Origin: the human T2T-CHM13v2.0 reference genome, Homo sapiens
NCBI RefSeq assembly: GCF_009914755.1
Contig: NC_060942.1
DNA length: 64,000 nucleotides
Reading direction: 5' to 3' (one strand)
Position numbers and translations under genes: made by a program. Of this stretch, positions 26,166 to 38,278 are shown one piece after another. Under the pieces are notes generated by a model. The model was not told the origin of the DNA, did not search any database, and saw nothing but the letters and a program-made list of their open reading frames with translations. Within the stretch, counting starts at the first letter, position 1. Each line of letters opens with the position of its first letter.

Positions 26166-28694
26166 TGTCTCACCTTCATGACCACTGCTTTCTATATGGT
26201 GTGACACACATATTCTCTTTTCTCTTTCCTCCAGGAAGAGAAAAAGGTATCTGACTGAAGAAATAGAGTAATAATATGTGTAATTGAGGTTACACTTAAG
26301 TAAGGCCTTGAAAAATAAGAAACTTTTTAGTAGACAAGGGTAAGGTTTAAAAGGCGAGAATCATTTTAGGTATAAAATATAACAGTATGAGTAAAAAAGG
26401 TAAAGTATAAATATTAATTGATAACTGTTAAGCTGATGAACTTAGATAGTTTTGGGTTCATGTAGTGGTGACCCTAGCTAGAGAAGGAAGTTGAAAATTA
26501 AAATAAGCACTTTGGACTTTATTCAAAGAGTCCTGATTAGCTGTTGAAGGCTTATGAGCAAAATTTGAAAGCTTGGTCAGTCCCTCTGGTAGCTGTGTGC
26601 AAATGCACAATAGTAACAAGAGGCACATTCAGGGAGAGACTCCAGTGTGGACAATTAGGAAAGAAGATGGCAGCATGGAATCTCAATATGGCTTGGAAAG
26701 GATGATTAGTTTCTCCCTCTTCTGTGACATTCTTTGCCTTCTTCACTTTCTCTTTTCTTTTCTTTTCTTTTTTAATCTAATGATTATATGTTATTGAAAT
26801 GGGAGCCAAAGAACTTGTGTTGCAGCCTGCGACTCTATTTCTAATCACTGGAATTTCCCGCATATGCTCCTGTGACAGAGGTTTTTGTCTCTGACCACTT
26901 CTTAAAATAACTTGAACCAAAGAGAAATTAGGATGGAGATAGATGGAAAGAAAGATAGGACCTAAAAAGAGCTAAGAAAATATCAGTGCCTACAGGAAGA
27001 TGTGGCTACCAGAGTCCAAGAGTTCACAATTGAAAATAATACAACCACAAAACTGGGCTAGAATAGAATCATTGATGAATCAATATTCTATGAAAGTGGA
27101 ACCAAGGTTACATGTGTAGCCATTTCTCACAGTATTTTCAGGTATTTGAATCTTTCCAAGTGAGGACAGACATTTTTATAGCACTTTCTGTTTAGCATTG
27201 GACATCTGAAGTAGCACATAATATAGAAAAGGAGATTTTTGGCTATAAATTGTGTTTTGCAAAGTGAAATCTGCATAATAATGAATATCAAGGGTTTTTA
27301 TTTTTTCTATGTTCATTTTTCTTCTTTGCTCAAGGGAAAAAGAAAAACCCAAATCATTCTGGGAATGCATTAGAAGTCAATGACAAAGTAATAGAAAATG
27401 CTGACATGTAGAAATGCCTTCACAGCAAATGAATCTAATTTATAGTATTCAGAACTAGGTCTAACATCAACTCAGGTCTAGACAGGAAAGCCTTGCAAGT
27501 GCCATTCCACCTTCAAAAATTTGGTAGGTGAACAAGGTACATGGTTGTGAAAGAAGTTACCATACCAATAGTTTCCTTACTTGGAAATCTTGTTTCAGAA
27601 TGGTAAAATAGCAAGGTCACATCAGCACTTGGGACAGTATAAACCGAATAAAAATAACTCACAGACTTTTCATTCAGGGGAGTTTTTGTTCTCCTTTCCT
27701 AAAAACAAGAATTGGACTCCAGGGTTGCAGAAACTAGTTGGTAAGGCAAGTTCAAACCCAGAGCCATTTACATAAATAAACCCCCCCAAACAAAGAACAA
27801 ATAAAAACAAACAAACTAGCAGGCCAACAAACACAAACAGTACTAATCTACATTGTAAAACCATTACACACAATGTCACCTTGGCACTAGAAAGTGAAGA
27901 AATCAATACAAAACAAAAGAAAGAAAATGTTTTAATCTTCTCTGTAACCACAGAGACACCAACGCAAACACCTCTTTAAGAGGTGTTTGCCTCTTAGGTG
28001 CAAATAGAACTGCTTAAGTTCCTAATAAAGAAAATAACAACTATTCAGTTATATCTGATGGGAACTTCAGGATGAAGCCTAACAATTTCCCCTACTGAAT
28101 TCAGGAGAATTGGAAATTGAGTCACAAACATTGATCTGAAAGAGATTAGAAAAAGTGTTGAAATTATCAAACAGATTAGAAACCAAATCTTTCAGTCCAG
28201 CAGATGTTTTCAAACGATTTTAGACACATGATATTCATCCTTCTTTTGCTTTTTTTTTTTTTTTTTGGTTTTTGTTAAACAAAACATATTTCATATGGGC
28301 ATATTGGGAGAGGTATAGCAACTCACTTAACTTCTTTGTTAGGTAACCAGGTAACCATATGCCCTGGATCACAATAAAGTATCTACATATTAGCAAGTGA
28401 GAACTGTAATTTACTAAATACATACCAAAAAATATTTACTAACATCTGCTAATAACATAACTACTAATTTTACTTCTGATAGACATTTAGAGACTGACTC
28501 TCACTTACCTACATTTCCATACTTAGTTTCCTGTTACCCACTCCATCATAGACAAAGGATAACGAATTAAAATACATGACAGTGCATTAATATCAACAAA
28601 AAGTTACAAGTGTGAGCACATAGCATCATAAACCTGGGTAACTCCTATGTGCTCAATTAACACGCATAACACATAATTCATGTTTTATAAAATA

Positions 28695-29125
28695 ATATTT
28701 TTATTGAGGTAAAATTTTAGCCATATTGCCAGGCACTCACTGACTTTAAGTGTGTAATTCAATAAGTTTGGACTAATGTTTAAAATCATGCAACCACCTC
28801 CAAAATAAAAATAATAAAACATTTCCATTATGAGCAACCATTGTTTTGATTTTGATTTTGGTTCATGATACCATGAATTAGTAAACTTGTTTTTGAACTC
28901 ATATGAATAAAATGACACATAGCTATTCTGTTTTTATCTAGTTTCTCTTATTCAACATAATTTTTCTAAGATTCATCCATGCTGTTTCTAATATCAGTAG
29001 TTTATTTTATTTCAGTCTGAGCCATTGTCCATTGTGTTACTATACCAGGATATGCTTATTCAATCTCCTATTTGTGAGCATTTGCATTGTTTCCAGTTTT
29101 TGTTGGTTACTATGAGTAAAGCCTT
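28695..29125 (-). mobile_element. L1ME-type 3' end
   Basis: ttcaacataatttttctaagattcatccatgctgtt..cagtagttt..ttgcattgtttccagttt. Confidence 0.75.
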
Positions 29126-29792
29126 AAATCTACACACAGAAAGACAAAAAATATTATATCGTAGTGAACTAAGAATCCATTTCAGGAAGTTAGACAACAG
29201 CAAAGTAATCTAAGTGAATTAAAAAAAAATAAAACTGAGAGCAGATTTATAAAATAGAAAGCCATCATAATAAGACTGATTTTACAAAAGTTGATTCTTT
29301 GAAAAGACATAATTGATAAGCCTCAAGGGAACAAAAAGAAGGAGTAAAAATCAATATAGGACTGAAGAGTCACCACAGATTAACGTTGACTATTAAACAG
29401 ATAATTAGGAGATATCAAGAGTAAATATTTATGCAAACATTTTTAAAAATCCAGTTAAATGGACACATTTCTAGAAAAATAAGTAGAATATCTGAACAAA
29501 GAATAGTTGTATGAATAGTCCTATGATCATTAAAAAATTGACTGTAATTGAAAACATGATCACGAAGAAAACTGTATAAATGGCTTCACAAGTGGCTTCT
29601 AATAAACACTTAAGAGAGAAGTAATTCCAATCTTACACACATTCTTCAGAATATAGAAATAGATGGGATATTTCTCACCCAATTATGTAAGTGTAACATA
29701 AGCTTGATAACAAAACCGGAAAAAGGCAGTACAAAGGAGGAAAATTAGGGGAAAATGATGTGAACATGCATGTAAAAATTCTAGGTACATTC

Positions 29793-29922
29793 CTTGAACC
29801 CAGGAGGTGGATGCTGCAGTGAGCCGAGATTGTGCCACTGCACTCCAGCCTGGGCAACAGAGCGAGACTCTGTCTCAAAAAATAAATAAATAAATAAATA
29901 AAAATAATAATAATTATTATTA
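29793..29922 (+). mobile_element. 5'-truncated Alu (right-arm end plus tail)
   Basis: cttgaacccaggagg...gactctgtctc(AAAT)n; TSD taggtacattc 29782-29792 / taggttcattc 29923-29933. Confidence 0.9.
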
Positions 29923-30098
29923 TAGGTTCATTCAGCAAACTAAGTGTGGCAAGACAAAATATATAATTACCAAAATGACCATAGTTTAACATTAGATAAA
30001 TAACCAATGTTATTCACTACATTGATAGATTATGGGAGAAAAATAAAACAGCTACCTCAAAAGATGGAGAAGTTTTTGATAAAATTTACCATCCAGTC

Positions 30099-30405
<307 letters not shown>

Positions 30406-33399
30406 TCAAGCTAAAGAGGCTTAGAAATCCAGGAACAGAAGGAAAAGATGGAAGCTACCTGCTAATCCTAATAAGGAATACCTAAAGAGGAAAAGTCAGC
30501 CCTGTAGTTCCTGGTGAAATGTAGCTTTCTCCTTGTGATCGAGGTTAATAAAAGTAAGTATATTTCTATGACTTTTATTCAACACATGCTTAAGGAGACC
30601 CTAGCCAGTGCATCAGGCAGCAAAAGATAGACAGACTGATAGACAGATGGGTGGATAGATGGATAGATAGATAATAGGTAGATGTTATAAAATTTTGATT
30701 TTGGGGGAATGAAAAATTATTCACAAATGATATTCATAGCTCATATGATATCATGTATAGAAAATCCAAAAGAATCTAAACTAGTGGAATTAATATAATA
30801 ACATGGTATGGTTGCTGATACAAACTCAAAATACAAAAAATCAACTTTATGTCTAAATATAAAACAATTAAAAATTAAATAAACATCATCTATTTGTACA
30901 TATATATGTCATTTTTATAGATCTAAACATTTTGAATATCTAGGAATAAGTCAAAAATATGCTCATTACTACTAAGGAAAATATTCAAGTGAGAGAAATT
31001 GAAAAATATAGAAATATGATGTCATCATGAATTGGAAGCATAATGCTGTCTAGATGCTAGTTTTTTTCAAAACAAATGAAATCTCCAAAGTTCCAATATG
31101 GCATTTTATTTTCAGAACTTGAGAGATTGATTTTAAAATTTATATGAAAAATGAAAAATGCCTAGATATGCCAGGAAAAAAGTATGAAAAGACATGGTGT
31201 ATGGTAATAAAGACAGGTGGTATTAGTGTAGGAACAGGCAATACAATATGCTCAGAAAGAAAAGACCCATGAGCATGTGAAGTTTTGTTTTTTGACAAAG
31301 TAACATGATAGAGCAAGATGAAAAATAGTAATTTCAATAAACATCACTAGAAAAATTACATATCCACACATAAAAAACCCTCAAAAATTAAAATAAATAC
31401 CATTAACATAAATCACTTCCTTGTGGGCTGTAGGTCTAAATATGCAGGACGGAACAATGATGCTTTTGGAAAACATCATAAGAAATATCATAAGACATAG
31501 CATAAGAAAATCTGTTCAAACATATTTTAGAAAAAAAAAAATAAGAGCTCTGCGTGACCTCAGGATGCCAAATTTCTGAACAAGATACAAAAAGCTCTAA
31601 ACATACAGAAAATTATTAATAAAGTCACCTACATTAAACCTAAGAACTTTACCTTACCAAGATACCTTAAGAAATGGAAATGTCAAGCTACATAATGTGA
31701 ATAAATATTTGCAATACATATAACTTACAAAGGGCTCACCCAAAATATAATAATGTACGTAGATAAAAAAGAGATAGTTAAACCAATAGAAAAATAGGCA
31801 AAAGACTTAAACAGACACTCAACAAAAGATACAAATGATGAATAAATATATTAAAGGTTATTCCAACTTAATAGTAATCTGGACAGTGTAATTTAAATCA
31901 CAATGACACTCCTATTTACCTGCAGGTTGGCTAAAATTAGGAAATGTGAAAATACCAAATGTTGACTAAAATATGTTGCAGTTGGAAACTAATAAACTGC
32001 TATAACCTCTTTGGAAAACCATTTGTCAGTAGCTAGCCTGTAAGCCAATTTCACGAACAGAAATATATACTAGAATAACATGTATACACGCACATCAAGG
32101 AACACAAACGAAAATGTTCATAAGAGTAGTGTTTGTAATAGAACTTGAAAACAATAAAAATGCTTATCAAAGACATTACAAATAAATTGTATATATTCAA
32201 ATAATGAAGCTTCATAGCAATGAAAAAATGTACAGTTATATAAAAATGAGAATGAATTCTAAAATCATATTTACTGAGAAAACTTAGGCACAGAGAAATA
32301 TGTAATCTTTGATTACTTTAACAAAATATCAAGGAAATTGATAAACTTACCATGTTATTTTTCTTTTTTTCCTTTTGAAATGCATAACTAGGTGGTTTGA
32401 AAAATGCACACACAAAGGGTAAAAAACAGAAGTGATTACCTTCAAAGTCAGAGTAGTGATTATTTTCATGAGCTTTGCTGGCATTGTTCTATGTCTTGAC
32501 ATTGTAGGGAAGGGAGCTTGCTTGCTGGAGGAGAATATGCTTATAATATTTTATTGAATTGTGCATTCATATTTTATACATTTTATATGTGTTATTTCAC
32601 AATAAAAATGAATAAAGATACAGGAAACATATAGTATGTTATAATATGAGATATTCTCATTCAAATAATTAACTGAAAAAAATGGCTTCCTTTTGCTAGA
32701 ACCATTTATCTTATCACATTATCTTTCCTAATGACAGGAGATAAATGAGGCTCCTCTTTATCCCATTTTCAGATATGCTATATATTCTTGTAGATGTTGG
32801 GGAAGGAGAGGAATTTTCATTCTATCTTGGGTTTTATTTGAAAGTTAACTTGTACACAAAACAGCCAAGAGACATTTGCAAACGGATCTCAAAAGGTAGG
32901 TCATGATTCAGACCCTTGCTGCCTTGATGGCGTCTCTTTAATTAACAAAGCAGAGGCTCTAATGGAGAGGCCTCTGAGTGCCACAGCAGTTAATGGTCTG
33001 TTAGCATTTCACTTTAAAGGCCTGGGGATAGAGGGCTTAACCCAGGAAAGGGGCCTTGAAAAACAAATTAGAAACCACCAAATAAGTAGGCGCCTTAAAA
33101 ATAGTTCCATGTAAAGCAAAAAATGCAAGAAAAGCTAAAGGTCTTAATTTACTTTGTTTGCACTTAGAAATACAACATTTTCTTTAACATTATACTTTCA
33201 CCTTCTCTAATATGATCGGTTCTTAAAAAGAAAATGTTGAAAACAAATTGGTTTTGGTAGCATATAACCATTTCAATACCTGATAAATAACTCCTTCATG
33301 TGAATGATATATTTAGTTTCTTTTAGAGTCTTGTAATCTTTTTGATCAAATAACATTTTATTATATCTGTGCTACAGTTTTCCCTTCCCTTGCAATTTT

Positions 33400-34291
33400 A
33401 TTTTATTTTTCAACTTTTATTTTAGATTCAGTGGGTATATGCTCATGTTTGTTACCCATGTATAGTGCATGATACTGCAGTTTGGGATACGAATAATCCT
33501 GTCGTCCAGGTACTGAGCTTAGTACCCAACAGTTAGTTTTTCAACCCTGGCCTCTCTCCCTCCCCACTCGAGTAGCCCTCAGTGTCTATTGTTTCCATCT
33601 CTATGTCCGTGAGTTCCCAATGTTTAGCTCCCACTTATAAGTGAGAACATGAAGTATTTGGTTTTCTGTTATTGCATTAATTCACTTAGAATAATGGCTT
33701 CTAGCTGCTTCTATGTTGCTGCAAAGGACAGAATTTCATTCTTTTTTTATGGCTACATGATATTCCTTGGTGTATTTGTGCCACATTTTCTTTATGCAAT
33801 CCATGGCTGATGAGCACGTAGGTTGATTCTTGCCTTTGCTATTGTGAATAGTGCTGTGATTAAGATATAAGTGCATATGTCTTTTGGTAGAATGTTTTTT
33901 TTTTTCTTTTGGATATATACCCAGTAATGGGATTGCTAGATCAAATGTAGCCATGTTTAAGTTATTTGACAAATCTCTAAACAATGTGCAGTACTTTCCA
34001 CAGTGGCTGAACTAATTTACATTCCCACCAGCAGTGTATAAGTGTTTCCTTTTCTCTGCAGCCTGACTAACATCTGTTGTTTTTTGACTTCTTAATAGCC
34101 ATTCTGACTGGAGTGAGATGATATCTTGTTGTGGTCTTGATTTGCATTTCTCTGATGAGTAGTGATGCAGGAGCATTTTCTCATATGTTTTTTGGCCATT
34201 GTATGTCTTCTTTTGAGAAGTGTCTGTTCATGTCTTTTGCCCATTTTTAAATGGGGTTATTTCCTTTTTGTGTGTTCAATTGTCTAAGTTT
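33400..34291 (-). mobile_element. 5'-truncated L1PA (approximately PA15/PA16) 3' end
   Basis: tttagctcccacttataagtgagaacatg; ORF 33736-33984 FDLAIPLLGIYPKE; 12 bp TSD ccttgcaatttt at 33388-33399 and 34292-34303. Confidence 0.92.
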
Positions 34292-35169
34292 CCTTGCAAT
34301 TTTGGAGAATTATTTTAGTGGGGACAAAAAATTAAAGACCGAAATGACATGATTCTATTGTGGAAAAGCCAACACCTAAGCAACTTTCTCCAATGAAATG
34401 TTATCAATCAAGGAAGAAGAAAGTCTTCCCCCCACCCCCCAAAAAATGCATTATTAAAAAAATTATTTTGTTTCCCAAATAGTTCTGACCTAAATAAACA
34501 CATATGTATTTTTCTTAAGATGAAGTAAAAACACCACCAATAAACCATGTCTTTACTTAATATAAGAGAGAAGTGGAAGGGTAGTTTCCTAGGTGAAAAA
34601 AAAACTTTGCCTATTAATCTCTTGGCTAGCAAAAGAGATATCCTGTAGCTACTACATACACCGGAATGTTTCTTTAAAGACAATAACACAAATGCCTTGG
34701 ACCTATTTCACCTCTTATCACTTGAAATCTAGACCAGGTTTCAATCCTGAAAAGATTCCCTGGCAAGTCATCTTGACTCCAGTGGTAGAGCAAACACTTA
34801 GGCAGTGTGTGTAATTGGTCAGGCCTGCAACTGTTGGGAGTAACCCCTCTATGAGAAGGTCTGAATTTCTGCCTCAAATCTCTTGGTTTAGGCCATTGAA
34901 CTTCCCAAGATTATATCCTTTATGGTGTTCTTTAGTAGTTGGTATAGTCTTTTTTGTATGCTATATGCCTCATTAGGCAAGGATGATTCAAGATAAATTT
35001 TGCTTTTTAACTATCCCTTCCATAATTTGGATTGATAATCACAGTGAAAATGTAGGATGATACTCATAGTGTGAACACTGCTTTATCTTGTTGCCTTTCT
35101 TGCATGAACATTCTCTCTAGAGCACGAACAGCAGGTTTTATATTTGGTCTGATAAGAAAAAATCCTTTT

Positions 35170-35563
35170 TATTTTATTGTAATTGTTTTTTTTTAGAGAT
35201 GGAGTCTCACACTGTCACTAAGGCTGGGGTGCAGCCTGTGCAGCTGGAATAAAGTGATCCTCCCACCTCAGCCTCTCAGGTAGCTGGGAGTATGGGCCTG
35301 CACCACCATGCCTGGATAATTTATATATCTATATATAGATAGATATATAAATTTGTGTTATTAAATAGTGTTCCCAAGTAGTTCTGACCTAAATAAACAC
35401 ATACGTATTTGTCTTAAGAGGAAGTAAAAACACGACCAATAATATATATATTTGCTAGAGACGGGCTTGCTGTGTTGCCCAGTCTGGTCTTGACCTCAAG
35501 CAATCCTTCTGCCTCAGCCTTCCAAAGTGCCAGGATTATAAATATAAGCCACCACATTCAGTC
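35170..35563 (-). mobile_element. AluJ with an internal deletion and a foreign insert in the central linker
   Basis: Both arms recognisable; imperfect TSD aagaaaaaa(t)tccttt; linker replaced by (TA)n plus a 72 bp copy of upstream sequence. Confidence 0.85.
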
Positions 35564-37184
35564 AAGAAAAAAATTCCTTTAAAGGGACTTCTTCTAGATT
35601 TATGTTTCATGCCTCAAAACTGCATGCACAGTGCTTTGCAAATAGAAGACATCTAATGTCTATTAGTTTGGTTGCATTCGATCCTTTTTTATTTTTTTTT
35701 AAATCCAATCTTATTTAATAACCTAAAATGCAAACTCTGTTTTGTTTTCTCTCCCTTCTCCCACCCCCAGCCCTCCACTGGGTTGCTTCTTTGGATTTCC
35801 TTGAATTTAATGCCTTATCAATAACATCACAAGCAAAACTGGGCCCTCAAAACTAAAGACTGCAGGAGACGGAGGCAGGAAGCAGCAGCAAATCCTTAAC
35901 CTTTGAGGGTGCTCTGAAATACGACTGTGGGTGGCTGAGGCAGGGGAGGCTGTGTTGTGGGAAATAAGTTCCCTCTCAGGCTAAGGAATAAACGAGGATC
36001 TAGGCTGAGATTTGAAGCCTATGGTGGAACCCTTTATCATGAATCATCATCACAACAGTGGGTGAGAAAACAACACTGAGAAATTTTTTTAAAAAGCCAG
36101 CAAGGGATGCATATTTACATATTTTAATGAAAACAAATTATCTCTCCTGAAAGTAATTAATTGTGAAATTATTTAATTATGTTGCAGTAGTAAGGAGGAA
36201 ACAGTGTTTGAGGTTTTTCAGTAAATTCCAGTATTAAGTAAACAATTATTTGAGTCTAGATTCTTTATTATGTAATTCTTTGCTGAAATCTCAGGATGTC
36301 AAAGCATTTTTCCCCAATAGTGTTAAGCCAAAACGCAGCAATTATGCAATTAGAAAGAAATTGCTCTTGTGGATTTCTTTCAATTTTGAAATAAGCATTT
36401 GGAAAGTGGTGGAGAAAGGAGATACAATAGAATTCCTGAGTAACATGGGCTTGACTTCGAAATATTTATTCAAACAAAAACTCTCATTGATTGCCATGTC
36501 AATTTCTCAGCATGCCTGCAGAAAAATAAACATAAAAATATAGAATCTAATATTTGGAAGAAAACCTACAAATTATCTAATCCAGCTTCCTACACAATGC
36601 AGAAAAATTTCCCACCGCAATGCCATCAGAAGGTCACCAGTTTTTACTAACACAAAATATGTGGCTCAGAATTCACTGCCTTGTAGTAGTTGTGGGAAAG
36701 CTTTACTGGTCATATTGTTTCTAAAATTTTGACCATCAGTTTAATCCATGCTTTCTCACAGTGCAGGGTATGTCTAATCACTTTACACCCTTAGTCCCTC
36801 AAATATTGGCACATATTGATTATTTTTACCCTCACGTATCTTCTCTGACTCAGACTCAACATTCCTGTTACCCTTAAGCACCCTGGATATAGCACGATTT
36901 ACCTATCAGCTGCTGTTCAGGCTGCTCTTACTTGAGAAAGCTTCAGTATATAAATGTCTCCCCTGATGTTTCCTTTCACAAACTTGACACTATGTTCCAG
37001 AGTGGAAGTGGCATTATCATCAGCACAGATCTGTTCATCAGGTGCTATAAAGCCACATCTTCTCTTTCCTGTGCTCCTAAAATAGTTGAAGAGTCAGTAA
37101 AGGATACTCGGTAACCACAAGGACACCACAGCCAGACTACTGAAGTCATTGTATCGTAGTGTGATCATAGACAAAGGACCTCTT

Positions 37185-37325
37185 GCGTCTGTTCTCTCAT
37201 CAATACAATGAGAATAATAACACCTACCTTGTAGGATTGCCATGAATATTTTAAAAGTTTCTATTTGTAAAGTGCTTAGAAAAATGCCTGGCACATAGTG
37301 AGGGTTTTCTAAGTGTTCATTAAAT
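37185..37325 (+). mobile_element. MIR 3' half
   Basis: aataataacacctacctt.taggattg..gtaaagtgcttagaaaaatgcctggcacatagt. Confidence 0.8.
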
Positions 37326-38278
37326 AAAATGGCTGGATCAAGGACTTTGTAATTAATATTAAATACCATAACTTTGCCTTGGGCCAATGGTTCTAGGCAT
37401 ATTTGTTTAGAAGAGCTAGCCTTTTTGATAGAAGAAATACCATGCAGGACTCAATATAGGAAATAAGGAAAGCGCTGCTTTGTGTCTGTCAAGGAAGAAG
37501 TATCTACCTGTAGCAGGGGCAAACCTCACTCCATACAAACCACAGCAGCCTAAGAAGCAGCTCCAGAGATGTTGGGTCCTGAAAAATACAATAGAGATAT
37601 ACTCTTCTAGCCTATTAATATATTTTGCTCCTAAAATGTTTTCTAGTATATATGGTAATAGTTTTCATTCTTCATAAAGTTCATAAACTGAAAAAACAAT
37701 CTTTAATTTCCAAAATACGGTTGAAAGGAAAAGTTGAAAGGAAAAGTATAGAATGGTGGCATCTTTGAAGTTTTTCTGCTAGTAATTGATCCATCAATTA
37801 ACATTTTCATTTTCTTTGTGAGTTGCATAATGCTGCTATCATCCAGTTCTCATTCCTGCATTTTTGCCCACATGATATTGTGACTTTGCCAAATATCTGG
37901 CTAAAATCAAGTTATATCCTGTCAATACCATATCCCTGACCCGAATGCCTCGTCACCCTCTCAAGAAAAGAAATAAACCGGAATTTGTTATTTGCACTTA
38001 TGCTGCTTCTTAAGAATCCTTTCTTTTCTTTGTGTTGAGACTCTAGTCTTTCATCTTTTTAAGAAATTTATCAATGATCTGTATTCAGAATAAATATTAA
38101 TAAATTTGACATTACCAGGTAACAGTTCTATATTCCAAGTATTAGGACCCTTTTCTCATCCCTTGGTTTAAAATTATACATGGCTTGATCATTACAACTT
38201 CTCAGAGAAAATCAAAAGTCATTATGTAATAATGTCTTCTAGTTATTTATATCCCCTAAGTTTTAGATAATAAAGCCC

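Noticed and set aside
37720-37748. 13 bp tandem repeat gttgaaaggaaaa x2 (similar small slips at ~6720, ~21040, ~31475)
   Set aside because: Ordinary slippage duplications
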